This document shows, in pieces, positions 22,854 through 42,562 of a stretch of DNA of 42,562 bases. Positions within the stretch are counted from its first letter, which is position 1, and the number at the start of each line of letters is the position of its first letter. Origin of the DNA: Sphaeroforma arctica JP610 (lineage: Eukaryota); contig NW_014040193.1 in NCBI RefSeq assembly GCF_001186125.1, positions 25,136-67,697 on the forward strand, read 5' to 3'. A program made the position numbers and the translations under genes. Below the pieces are notes generated by a model. That model ran no database searches and was not told where the DNA came from. It worked only from the letters and a program-made list of their open reading frames with translations.

Positions 22854-25800
22854 ATGAGTATGTTCACGACCGTTGCCCGGGCAAAGGCCCCGGCTACCAT
22901 GTCGCTAGCAAATATGACTGTGCGATGCATGTCGACCACAATGATGTCCAAGTTGGATACCTTCCCTGAGGCTTTGCCTTTCGATAAGATGCGAGGAAAG
23001 CTCGATATTGTAAAGGGACGTCTTGGACACCCGCTTACACTTGCTGAGAAGATTGTATATTCTCACTTGGACGATCCCGTAAACTCAGATCTGGTTCGCG
23101 GCGAGAGCTACCTCAAGCTTCGTCCCGATCGAGTGTGTTTCCAGGATGCGACCGCACAGATGGCTATGTTACAGTTCATCAGCTCTGGTCTACCCAAGGC
23201 TGCTGTACCTTGCACAATTCACTGTGACCATCTTATTGAGGCCCAATTGGGTGGCGATAAGGATCTGGCTCGTGCCAAGGACATCAACAAGGAGGTCTAC
23301 GATTTCCTAGCGAGTGCTGGTGCTAAATATGGGGTATGTTTTTAACACTTAATTATGCAATGGCGTATTTTCGATAGTGTACACATTTATTCAATACGAG
23401 TAGTAGTATTCTAATATTATCCGCTATCACTTAAGAGATGCAAATTGCACGATAATACGATGCAGATAGTATTCTGGTATTCTCCGCTGTAACACTTAAT
23501 TATATGCAAGTCCTGTCTGTTACAATTCTTTTTGTTAGACGGTTGAACATTTAAATTCTATATGTTTGCTTTTTATCGAACCACTATACTAGCCCGACAC
23601 GATGTCGCGCTAAAGTTCACGCCTTAGAAGCACAAACAAGATTGAGGACAACGATTTGGTTGTATCGGTCCATTAATCTGTATTTAATTAACGAATCATC
23701 TGTAGGTTGGTTTCTGGCAACCCGGATCTGGTATCATTCATCAGATCACACTAGAGAACTACGTTTTCCCCGGACTTCTAATGATTGGAACCGACTCGCA
23801 CACGCCCAACGGTGGTGGTCTCGGTGGTGTCTGTATTGGTGTTGGTGGTGCCGATGCTGTTGACGTTATGGCCGACATCCCCTGGGAGTTGAAGGCACCA
23901 AAGGTGATCGGTGTTAAGTTGACTGGTCAGCTCAGTGGATGGACCGCGCCCAAGGATGTTATCCTTAAGGTTGCAGGTATCCTTACGGTCAAGGGAGGTA
24001 CTGGTGCAATCATCGAATACCACGGTGAGGGAGTTGACACCATGTCGTGCACTGGAATGGCCACCATCTGCAATATGGGTGCCGAGATTGGTGCTACCAC
24101 GTCTGTGTTCCCCTACAACCAAAAGATGGCCGACTTCCTGAAGGCTACCGGACGTCCCGAAATTGCCGAGGCTTGCGATCAGAACAAGGACTTGATTACC
24201 CCCGATGAGGGCGCCAGGTACGATCAGCTGATTGAGATTGACCTAAACTCTCTTGGTGTCGGAATTAACGGTCCCTTCACCCCCGATTGGTACCACCCAA
24301 TTGAGACTTTCAAGGAGACCGTTGCTAAGGAGGGTTGGCCCGCAGAGATGAAGGTTGGACTAATCGGATCATGCACAAACTCATCTTACGAGGATATGGG
24401 CCGATCCGCATCTCTGGTCAAGCAGGCGTTGGACAAGGGTCTTAAGTTTAAGTCCAAGTTCACTGTCACTCCCGGATCCGAGCAGGTGCGTGCCACCATT
24501 GAGCGTGATGGTATCGCCCAGATCTTCCGTGAGGCTGGTGGCGTTGTGCTGGCTAACGCATGTGGTCCTTGCATAGGTCAGTGGGACCGAAAGGACGTGC
24601 CATCTGGAGAGCCCAACAGCATTGTGACCTCATACAACCGTAACTTCGCCAAACGTAACGATGGTAACCCCGCCACCAACGCCTTTGTTGCATCGCCCGA
24701 GCTCACCACCGCGATGGCCATTGCCGGATCATTGAACTTCAACCCTCTCGAAGACGAATTAACGGCTGCGGATGGCTCCAAGTTCAAGCTTAAGGGTCCC
24801 CACGGAGACGAGCTACCTGCCTCTGGCTTCGACGCTGGAGAGGATACCTACCAATGGGCACCCAAGGACAACAGTGCCGTAAAGGTGGTTGTTGACCCCG
24901 AATCGGCGCGTCTACAGCTGTTGGAGCCTTTCAACGCCTGGGACGGTAAGGATTACGAGAAGTGCCCCGTGCTTATCAAGGCTCTTGGCAAGTGCACCAC
25001 CGATCACATCTCCATGGCCGGACCCTGGTTGAAGTACCGTGGACATTTGGACAACATCAGTAACAACATGTTGATCGGTGCCCTGAACGCCGAGAACGAC
25101 AAGACCAACTGCGTCAAGAACCAGGTATGTATGGCTGGAGGTGCAATGCATGCGCTGCTTAGAACTAGATTGGCATCCACACCGAGGATTTTCAATGTTG
25201 TGTGCGTTCGTTCGTTCATTTTTTTGCACCGCGTATTTCTGCATCCTCTCATGTGTTTCTGTTGTTGCCTGTTTGATAATAACTCGGTTATAGTCTTGGG
25301 CGCAAACGCGATTGATACCTCGAGCGTACACCCTAGATACTCAATGACTATACACACTTTGAATTACAACAGATTACTGGATCTGAGGGAGGTGTGCCCG
25401 ATGTAGCACGCGAGTACAAGGCTGACGGCATCAAGTGGGTGGTTGTCGGTGATGAAAACTACGGAGAGGGATCCAGTAGAGAGCACGCCGCTCTCGAGCC
25501 CCGTCACCTTGGTGGTGTTGCCATCATTGTCAAGTCGTTCGCTCGTATCCACGGTATGTTTCCTGTTTTATTTACACCCTGGGGTTAATCGCCTCGATTC
25601 GAAGTCTCTGGTGGGTGTTATTAAGTCGTATGGCCTTGCAATGCATACCTATTTCTTTTGCGGTGTAATGGAACGATTTATGTGCGGGTGTGCATAGTAT
25701 ATAATACAAACGTATCTACAGAGGGTTCGTCTGATTTAACATGCCATATACTGTGTGTTACTCCATCTAATATCACATCGCCTCTATCGATTTAACAGAG

Positions 25801-26049
25801 ACCAACTTGAAGAAGCAGGGTATGCTTCCTCTAGTGTTCAACGACCCATCCGATTACGATAAGATCGACGGCTGTGATCAAATCACCATCAAGAGCACCG
25901 AGCTTGCGCCCGGAAGTGTGATCTCTGCCATCGTACACAAGGCTGACGGCACCTCGCACGACATCAAACTTAACCACACATTCAACGAAGGCCAAATCGC
26001 CTGGTTCAAGGCCGGTTCTGCACTCAACAGCATGAAGAATGATATGTAA
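22854..26049 (+). CDS. ACO2: Mitochondrial aconitate hydratase, 776 aa, 4 exons
   Basis: Exons 22854-23333, 23706-25124, 25373-25553, 25799-26049. Presequence-like N-terminus. Motifs [38 protein letters not shown] (Fe-S cysteines), [28 protein letters not shown]. Confidence 0.98.
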
Positions 26050-26185
26050 ATTTATGCGAACTGAGTAATGGAATTAAAGATGTTATCATCAGTATTCATT
26101 GGAACACTTCGTGGCACCTTTGCCTAGATTGGGTGTAGCACATGAATTTTCATTATAGTAATTCGCTATAGTGCAATACGTATGG

Positions 26186-26321
26186 AGGAATCATCCGGTG
26201 CATATCATAGTTTTGCTTGATACATCTTTTACATACAACACATGTAGGGTTCAGTATTTATGAAGGAATCATCTGGAGCATATCATAGTTTTGCTTGATA
26301 CATCTTTTACATACATCACGT
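26186..26321. repeat. About 78-bp-period direct repeat (2 copies) running into an N gap
   Basis: ggaatcatc(c/t)gg(t/a)gcatatcatagttttgcttgatacatcttttacatac occurs twice. Confidence 0.85.
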
Positions 26322-26384
26322 NNNNNNNNNNNNNNNNNNNNGGGATTCTACACTCGTCTATTATGAATGCGTCATTGGGATCAG

Positions 26385-27080
26385 GAGCTAATTATTGTGT
26401 ATTTAATGGCTATATTGAAGTGTAAGCTTCGTTGGGCTCAAGTATTAAATAAATATTGTTTACTGGCTATATCGAAGTGAAAGCTTCGTTGGGCTCGAGT
26501 ATTAATTATTGTTTAATGGTTATATCGAAGTGAAAGCTGCATTGGTCTCAAATATTAATTATTGTTTAATGGTTATATCGAAGTGAAAGCTTCGTTGGGC
26601 TCAAGTATTAATTATTGTTTAATGGATATATCGAAGGGAAAGCTTCGTTGGGCTCAAGTATTAATTATTATTAATGGATATATCGAAGTGAAAGCTTCGT
26701 TGGGCTCAAGTATTAATTATTGTTTAATGGTTATATCGAAGTGAAAGCTTCGTTGGGCTCAAGTATTAATTATTATTTAATGATTATATCGAAGTGAAAT
26801 CTTCGTTGGGCTCAAGTATATTAATTATTGTTTAATGATTGTATCGAAGTGAAACCTGCATTGGTCTCAAATATTAATTATTGTTTAATGGTTATATCGA
26901 AGTGAAAGCTTCGTTGGGCTCGAGTATAAATTATTGTTTAATGGTTATATCGAAGTGAAAGCTTCGTTGGGCTGACGAACTAATTATTATTTAACGACTA
27001 CTGAAATGAAAGTTTCATTGGGCTTAAGAACTAATTATTGTTTAATAACTACTGGAATGAAAAGCTTGATCGGGCTCGAA
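26385..27080. repeat. 53-bp minisatellite, about 13 copies
   Basis: Unit ggttatatcgaagtgaaagcttcgttgggctcaagtattaattattgtttaat. Period 53 (26471, 26524, 26577). No spacers. Confidence 0.95.
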
Positions 27081-27093
27081 AACAGTCCATCTT

Positions 27094-29406
27094 TCATCTC
27101 TTGTCATCGGTCTTGGTACTCTCGTTCTTCAATTTTCGATTTCGTAAAGCCTTTGGCATCTGTAAGGTGAAAATAGATATAGTATAGGCGTGTTAAAAAT
27201 AACCACTCGCTAGACTAGGCACGTGCCACACAAATCCAGCTGGCATATAACTTCCTAGGTACGAACCCATTCAAACATGCTTCGTTTTGGGTGCGAGAGT
27301 CTTGCTGTGTGTGAAGAAGCAGGTCTCCCTGACGAGCAAGCGAAACCCGGGATAGGTTGCCCAAACAGCTCAAAAGAACACGTAGCGCGACATACCTTCG
27401 ATGAATGGGCTGCAGCCTTCGTTCCATCGGCAGAACGTGCCCTCTTCTCAGGAGCTTCTACCGGCACAGTGTACCACGGGTATGGTCGCCGTAGATTGAA
27501 GGCGGTGTATAAGAGTGTGATGCTTCCCATCATGCTCAGGATTAGGTTGGGCATGACACCACCCTCAACACACATGAACACGTAGGTCAGAGCGCACACG
27601 CCTGCAATCGATCAAGACAGGGTATAGGAGTTGGGTTTAAGGTCAATGACTAGGTAGTTGATCCCGTGAGTGTATTGCTTTGGTATGGCATGAGCTCTTG
27701 AGCGGTCTATCACACAGTCGCTTCGTATGCACCAAGAGGAGAACCTGAAACGCATATTTATGTATATGTTTACTGAAGAAGACGTACCTGAAAATATAAA
27801 CACAGCACCCAGTCGATGCCAAACAATCGCTCCACACAGAACGCCCACAGCAATCAGCCCTGGCCCAGCCAGCGTGGCCATTGCAATGTCTCGGTCGACG
27901 GTAAGCAGTGACATGTGACGTGCTAGAGAAGCCCCGTACGCCACCTTCTGCAGCATTCCCAGTTCACCCGTGGCGCAGGGAATTAGGGCCGTTCTGGCCC
28001 ATTGTGGCAGATTGGAGGGGACGATGGCAAGGTCCTGCAGACCCCCGTTGAGGCCAACGACACCTGTATGTCGAGGAATAGTGGAGTGGCAGTATCAGCT
28101 GCATATGCTAAATGTTGGTGGTTCGAGCTTTGCGGGATAATTAGATTTCTTCGAAGCCGTAGCGGTTCAGCGGACGTATCCCAAGTATACGCCCAAACGG
28201 CATGGAACACTGTCCAGCCAAGATTTGATATATTTGCAGCCTATTCACCGTTGTCGAGGCCAGATGACGGCTGGAAGATTGATAGATACATTTAAAAGCT
28301 AATTGCAGTATGTTTAGTGACAGCTGCGATGATCTGGTTTACCCTCTATCAGCGGGAGCCGTCGATTGTGTTGGAATCTGCAATAGCGTGGCTTTGGCTA
28401 TTGAAGCACGGATGGCATAGACTGGTCATCAATCTACTGGTAGCACGAGAAATTGGCAATCTTTTTCAGGTACAAGGTAACCGCATATCTTAGGGTGTAT
28501 CTCAGAGAAGGATATGTCATATTTTCTATGCTACTATATAATAATATATATATATATATGAATTAAAATATAATTATATACACATATATAATATAATGAT
28601 ATAATAATATATATAAATAAATACAAATGTATATTTATTTATTTATATATATATACATATACATATGTATGAATATATATATACATATATACATACAAAA
28701 ATATAAATATACAAATACATATACATACACACACATACACATAAATATATCAATATATACAAATTTACAAATATACATACATATAATTATACATATCTAT
28801 ATATATATATAAATACAAAAACAAACAAGCGATAAAACACACACACACACACAGACACACACATATGCATATACATACGCACACAGACACAAGCACACAT
28901 CGACACATCATATATATATATATATATATTTGGCAGACTTGAAAGTTTGTGTCACCTTTTGTACAAATATGAACACTTCACTGATTATCCATTCGTCAAA
29001 GTATAAGATATTGGCTTTTGTTTTATGTAAGTTTGAGGGCAATTTTTCTACAATTTTTAAACTATTTTGGCTTGCAATATTTTAAATGCGACATATGTGA
29101 AGTATTTGGCTGACGACTGAAACACATATGAAGTTTATGATATAATATCTAAGTATGTATACATCAAGTTTATGATTTATAACATCCGACACGATTTTGC
29201 ATACATACATGAAATACATGTATCTTTGAAACATACACGTGTACACACACACACATATATATACGTATGCTTGTATATAGATATAGATATAGATATAGAT
29301 ATAGATATATATATACATATGTATTATGTTTGTTTGTATATCAATATTTATATGCTTGATAATATGTACATGTACATAAACTCATGCATATACATATGGA
29401 TACTTC

Positions 29407-29440
<34 letters not shown>

Positions 29441-29577
29441 ATACATACATACGTACATACATATATATATATATACATATATATAATACATACGTATATA
29501 TATATATATATACAGTATATACATACATTTATATATATATATATATAATAATAATAATATATGTAAACATACATTTA

Positions 29578-29615
<38 letters not shown>

Positions 29616-30172
29616 AATAATAATAATAATAATATATATACATATATTATATACATATATGCATACAGACACACAGACACAGACACAGACACGGACACAG
29701 ACACAGACATATATATATATATATATATTTATTGATTGATGAAGAATACTTGGATATTACGTGAGTGAACAAAATTTTATACCCACGTACATACATACGA
29801 TTGCATATACAATCTTAAGCCAAAATATGTGCGTGTATTCTGTTTTGCGTAGATTTGTCTATTGTATTGTTAGCCGAAAAGCAGTACATATCTGCGGATT
29901 TTACGCTACCATCCTGCTAAACCAATAACTACACTTGATCAAAGCTATAAGCGCAACAATGGATTACAGTTTGACATACCGGTGACCTCCACACAGTAAG
30001 CGCTTCGAAGAACAAAAGGACCGGAGGCACCACTTATACTGTCGACCCAGGTAAATAGACCGGTGGCATCAACGAAAATCAGGTATGCGAAGCAGGCGAA
30101 CATAGCCCACGAGATGGCATCGCTCACAGCACGGAAACAGAGCCATTCCGATATTCTTTGTATGCCTATCAT
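27094..30172 (-). CDS. Uncharacterised multi-pass membrane protein, about 246 aa, 4 exons
   Basis: Phase-compatible exons 30172-29980, 28063-27788, 27601-27396, 27159-27094 (741 nt), with GTATGT/GTACGT donors and CAG acceptors. Hydrophobic segments [59 protein letters not shown]. Basic C-terminal tail. Confidence 0.7.
28530..29730. repeat. Compound TA/CA/TACA/GACACA/TAA microsatellite tracts in intron 1 of the membrane-protein gene
   Basis: Directly visible at about 28530-28930 and 29240-29730. Confidence 0.9.
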
Positions 30173-30817
30173 TGTATTGATAGGATGTGTTCAAAGTGGG
30201 ATAAGTTTTTAAGAATTTATATACACAATACTAGTCCAGTTTATTGAGTTGCGCATCCATGCAGTAAAACGTTGAACGTACACGCAACCAAGATTGAATT
30301 AAATACGTTTTAACGTATATTAAATACGTGAACACCCGCGAGAATTACCCCGGTTGAATCGCGGAACGATTGATTTTAAAACGGTTTGACGTGAGACGAA
30401 CCGAGGTCACAACTTGCACCACATACATTTATAAAGAATAGTCCTAAAAAGTTAGTATTTGAAACGAAAAGTGATGACGGAAAATCCATTAGTGTTCTAT
30501 TTCCACATTGCGTCGTTGTCATGGTGAATTTGTGCTTGTCCAAGTGTTTTACCGGTGAAAGAAGGCCCTGAGACCTGACCTGAGACATGAGAGGCTGAGA
30601 GGCTGAGACCCGAGTCTGGCACGAGAACGCCCGCATAATAAATACATCCCAAATAGTAATACCCAACAAGAGAAGATGTGTGTAAACAGAGCGAAGAAAA
30701 ACAAGCATTTCAAATAGACAAATACATCTGTATGTATTTTCGACTTACGTCTACCATATATACATAATGTTAGCGTTGCCAGAACGCTCAGAATTCCGTT
30801 GTAGAATTTTTTAAGTC

Positions 30818-33447
30818 ATGATGAAAATCTACAGTAGCCTTCTGCTGCTTGGCGCAGTAGCGCAGGCCGACGCTATTATAAACTCTGGGTTTTCGAAGGT
30901 ATGTTATCAAACTGACCTTCGAATCCTTCACAACGTCTAATTTCTATGTTCATGATTGCACAATATACAGATAATAGCATAAAAATACAGTAATAGTAGA
31001 TGATCAGCTCCATATGATGTCAATGACCAATATTTACCACCTCGAGCACCAGGCTCGTCAAAAAGTTTGTAGCTTCCTCTTCTTGATCCATTGTTCTGCC
31101 AGATGTCTAGTGCTTTGACAACATTTAATACATGAAGCCCATAAAGAAAGTTGTTTCAATTACTGATAGCCAGGGCACTGGCAGGAATGTATATGTATTC
31201 ATGACGGCATTGTACGATTGTCCAATGTTTTGATAGTTTCATCCCACTTCAAATATGTTAGGGAGATACAGTTACAGTATGGTCAAGTAAAATGGCCTCG
31301 CCGAAGACAGCAGTGCCCTACCCTTACTACCACTACGACTTCTGTGGCAAGGATGAGGGATTCCAAACACAGCCCGAAAACTTGGGTCAACGTCTCTTGG
31401 GTGACGACTACGAGTCCATCGGATACCCGGTATGTATCAGTAAAGTACATCCTCGAGTTGTGATATCCAATATGAAACACGTTTATACGTTTGTGACCTG
31501 CAAATATTTTTAAATTCATTCTAACCTGTGCATGTATATCCGCTATAAGCATCCGAAATAGGGAATACTCAGCTCACATCCACAATATCCAAATATACTA
31601 TTGCCCGCTCATAGATCAAATTTATGGAGGATACGGAGTGTGCCGCCGTGTGTACCAAGAAATATGATTTCTCTAACAAGAAGGATCACGGTAAAATCAA
31701 GGAATTAACGAAGGCAATCAAGAAGAGCTATATGCACCACTGGTATGTGTTTTACCGCGGGGTCCTGGTCAATTCAGTATAGTACAAATTCGCCCGTTCT
31801 CATTGTATCTCTGTTATGCTAAATTGAATTGTGTCCAGGGAGTGGAATCTCCGATTTGGGTTGTGTTCAGCCAGCTATCCAGTTGAAGCTGTAATTTAAC
31901 GGTCGCTAGACTAATCTTCCTATTGTAGCATCTCAGCTTCCTGATTCTATTACATGCACAAACAGGCTCGTTGACAATCTGGATGTCATATTGAGCACAA
32001 TCCAGGGAGAAACATACGTCCCTCACTCTATGGGGCACCCAGTGGGAGCCAGACAACAGAACGGCGACAAGCACGAAGACTTCATCTACAATCACATCGA
32101 CTTCACATTCTACTATAATGATATAGAGAGCACGGTAGATCAGTATCTGTCGCAAAACACGGGGAAGAAATTCGGAATCGTCGGTGTTAATGTTGGCGTG
32201 AAGAGTCAGCACTCGTGCGCTCAGCCCGACTACTCAAAGTCCATTGAACTGAACGAGAAGGTCAGGCAACTAGAAATCCCATACACGTACAGCGTCAAGT
32301 TCGTGCCCACGTCCACCAAGTGGGCGTCTCGATGGGACGCCTATCTTCAGGTAGAGGATGCATCTATTCGCTGGTTGAGTATTGCCATCTCCATGGCCAT
32401 TGTGGTCCTGCTAAGTGGGTTGGTCGCCATGATACTCTTCCGTACCGTGTACCGAGACATCACGCGCTACAACTTGGCCAGCGGTGAGAGCGAGGACGTG
32501 ATTGAAGAGTACGGTTGGAAGCTGCTGCACGGCGATGTGTTCCGTCGCCCAGCCCATGGTATGTGGCTGTCGGTTCTGGTCGGCTCAGGCGTGCAGATGG
32601 TAACTGCAGTAGGTATCGCCCTGTGCTTTGCGTTCCTGCACATCTACTCGCCCACGCGCCGTGGCTCCGCACTAACCGGCGCAGTGACATCGTTTGTGCT
32701 GCTCGGGTTCCCAGCCGGCTACACATCCGCGAGATTGTACGTGTCCTTCGGTGGTGAACGCTGGAAGACCAACTGTCTCCTAACCGCATTCTTTTGCCCT
32801 GGAGTGGCGTTTGTTGTGTTCGCCGCACTCAACATTGTTGCTGCGGTGTATGGGTCATCCAACGCCGTGCCATTCACCAGCATTCTATGCCTGCTGGCTA
32901 TGTGGTTCCTAATCTCAGTACCACTCTGCTTCCTGGGCGCTTATCTGGGGTTTAAGAAGAGCGCTATTGAGTTCCCTATGAAAGCCAACCCAATTCCCCG
33001 TCAGATTCCTTTCCAGGTATGTCATTTCGGGTTCGCTGTCTTACTTTTGTTGCTCAAATACTGATACCAGACCTAAATGTTGGTTACTCCTGATCGTACT
33101 TAATGCTGCATGTCGAGACTATAAACAACTTATGGCGTGCTTTCTCAATCTAATTTAAAGTGCCTTGAATTCCTGAACTACCGCACAGAGCTCATGCGGA
33201 GGCCATATCAGTCCCATGCTGCTGGGTGGTCTGGTCCCTTTTGCTGCCATCTTTGTTGAGCTATTCTTCTTCCTCAACTCGTTCTGGAACCACCGCCTGT
33301 ACTTCCTGCCCGCGTTCCTATTCATCGTCTATGCCATCCTCCTGGTCATCTCAGCCCAAGTATCGATTCTCACGGTTTACACACAACTGTGCGTCGAGGT
33401 AGGTACTGCGCCTTGTTTAGAATCGTTAGTGCTCTAATCTCTCCTGA

Positions 33448-33487
<40 letters not shown>

Positions 33488-33804
33488 TTTCAGCATTTGC
33501 CTTCAAGGTAGATGTACTAACGCCTCGTTTGCATCCTTTCCCCAACCAAAACCCTAAAACCCAGGACTACCGCTGGTGGTGGCGATCATTCATCGCGGCT
33601 GGCTCCACCGCTATTTACTTTGCAATATACTCGTACTTCTACTTCTTCACCACACTGAAGTTCGTAGACCCCGTGAGTATCCTGATGTTTACAGGCTTCA
33701 CAGTGTTATGCTCTCTAGCAATCATGATCATGTGTGGCTCCATCGGGTTCCTTGCCGGTCTGTGGTTCGTGCGAACCATCTACTCCAGTGTTAAGCTCGA
33801 ATGA
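30818..33804 (+). CDS. Transmembrane 9 superfamily (EMP70; TM9SF2/4-like) protein, 625 aa, 6 exons
   Basis: Exons 30818-30898, 31262-31429, 31615-31742, 31966-33016, 33189-33398, 33565-33804. Signal peptide. Motifs PYPYY..FC, ENLGQ.L.GD, HWLVDNL, IYNHIDF, WASRWD.YL, EEYGWKLLHGDVFR, NPIPRQIP, EDYRWWWRSF, and a C-terminal KxE (VKLE). Confidence 0.96.
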
Positions 33805-33994
33805 GATGGAAAAGTACACCTGCGGTACCAACATAGCACAAATATACATATAATCTGCGAAATAATACCAAGCTATACGCCGGCTGACACAAGTATTGAA
33901 AGAATCGAGAGCCGCAACTAACAAATTACCAAAATTCTCACGCGACCAGCCTTGAGTCACGTGAAGATAATAGAAACATCGTAAGCACCAGCTA

Positions 33995-34725
33995 CCTATT
34001 CGTGCATTTGCTTGGGTAAATCTATTCGTGCATTTACTTGAGGTAACCTTTCGTGCATTTACTTGAGTTAAGCTATTTGTGCATTTACTTGGGTTATGCT
34101 ATTCGTGCATTTACTTGGGTTAAGCTATTCGTGCATTTACTTGGGTTAAGCTATTCGTGTATTTACTTAGGTTAAGCTATTCGTGCATTTACTTGGGTTA
34201 AGCTATTCGTGCATTTACTCGGGGTTAANNNNNNNNNNNNNNNNNNNNNNNNNNNNNNNNNNNNNNNNNNNNNNNNNNNNNNNNNNNNNNNNNNNNNNNN
34301 NNNNNNNNNNNNNNNNNNNNNNNNNNNNNNNNNNNNNNNNNNNNNNNNNNNNNNNNNNNNNNNNNNNNNNNNNNNNNNNNNNNNNNNNNNNNNNNNNNNN
34401 NNNNNNNNNNNNNNNNNNNNNNNNNNNNNNNNNNNNNNNNNNNNNNNNNNNNNNNNNNNNNNNNNNNNNNNNNNNNNNNNNNNNNNNNNNNNNNNNNNNN
34501 NNNNNNNNNNNNNNNNNNNNNNNNNNNNNNNNNNNNNNNNNNNNNNNNNNNNNNNNNNNNNNNNNNNNNNNNNNNNNNNNNNNNNNACTTGGGTGAAGCT
34601 ATTCGTGCATTTTCTTGGGTTAAGCTATTCGTGCATTTTCTTGGGATGTGCATTTTCGTGCTTTTACTTGGGTCAAACTATTCGTGCATTCACTTGGATT
34701 AACCTATTCGTGCATTTACTTGGGC
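33995..34725. repeat. 26-bp minisatellite spanning an N gap
   Basis: Unit ctattcgtgcatttacttgggttaag, period 26, on both sides of the N run at 34229-34586. Confidence 0.95.
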
Positions 34726-35285
34726 TGTTTTGATGATACAATGAGGGCGATGTACTGAAATCTAATTGCACCCAGTTGGTAACTTTGCATTCAACTCGCT
34801 GCTCAACTAAATACCATAAAGTCCTTCCGCCAATCGGATGAATCCTATGACGGTTGGTTGAGTAGCGTGTAGTCCAGCCTTGCGTCACTGGGCAAAGCAT
34901 TGTAACCAGTGGTATAAAATTATAACAATTATGAAATGGCTTATTGGTGGGATCAAAGGCAATAATATTGATCGCATGAGACATAAGGTTAAAGCTTGGC
35001 CTCCACTTAAAGACCTTTTAAATGCATTTTAGTGGTCAGAAAACCTTTTTCCTCGTGACATGTGAGAGCAATAAACACAAGGCTGAACACTGTACAGATT
35101 TAAGGTGTGACTTGCGGAAGACTTGAAACGTTTATTGTCAAAACGGTTCGAGTCGTTCCAGGCTGTGATGTCGTTCTAGGAAGTCGGGCATATCGTGACT
35201 TATTTGGCAAAGCGTTCACTTGAGTAACCGTCGGGCGACGAGGCTCTCACTGCAACCTGAACGCTCCTGTCGAGAATCTCTCGCT

Positions 35286-42342
<7,057 letters not shown>

Positions 42343-42464
42343 CTGTGCAGTTCGAGAGCAATCATGTGCTATCAGCTGAAGAATTAGACCCAGAAGGGAA
42401 CACAGAGCCCAAAGAAATATAATACCTATATACACATATCTAAAGCCTATACATATACATACCA

Positions 42465-42495
<31 letters not shown>

Positions 42496-42562
42496 TACAT
42501 ATATACATAATATATATATATATATATTACAACCACACACAGACACAGCACAGACACACACA

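Noticed and set aside
26385..27080. CRISPR-like appearance of the 53-bp array (also the 26-bp and 28-bp arrays)
   Set aside because: Units are head-to-tail with no unique spacers, there are no cas genes, and the context is eukaryotic.
27983..28295. 75-aa and 97-aa ORFs near 28 kb
   Set aside because: The phase-compatible exon (28063-27788) uses a different frame; these ORFs are mostly intronic or antisense.
34183..34733. ORFs across N runs, and YI/CV-rich ORFs at 12552, 19367-21002, 28627-29710, 38373-38949 and 42319
   Set aside because: Translations of assembly gaps and microsatellites.

Overview
Intron-rich eukaryotic genomic DNA with GT(A)TGT/GTAAGT donors, YAG acceptors, long (TA)n/(CA)n microsatellites and four assembly N-gaps. 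The gene style suggests a unicellular opisthokont, which is inference only. The left 13 kb is a stack of decayed, nested transposable elements. A THAP-domain P-superfamily DNA transposon (1151-7138, with TIRs and a 7-bp TSD) interrupts an old non-LTR reverse-transcriptase relic. The P element itself carries two same-family LINE fragments, one inside the other, each with its own TSD. Further right are a decayed DEDD 3'-5' exonuclease relic and a duplicated double-hairpin unit. The right 28 kb holds five spliced genes, all models assembled by hand. (1) A 17-exon minus-strand gene (14184-21615) not apparent from the ORF track; it encodes a signal-peptide protein that aligns by eye to the GH47 alpha-1,2-mannosidase fold but lacks the catalytic motifs. 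(2) Mitochondrial aconitase. (3) An unknown multi-pass membrane protein. (4) A TM9SF/EMP70 protein. (5) RNA polymerase III second-largest subunit, 5'-truncated by the window edge. Minisatellite arrays lie between both convergent gene pairs.
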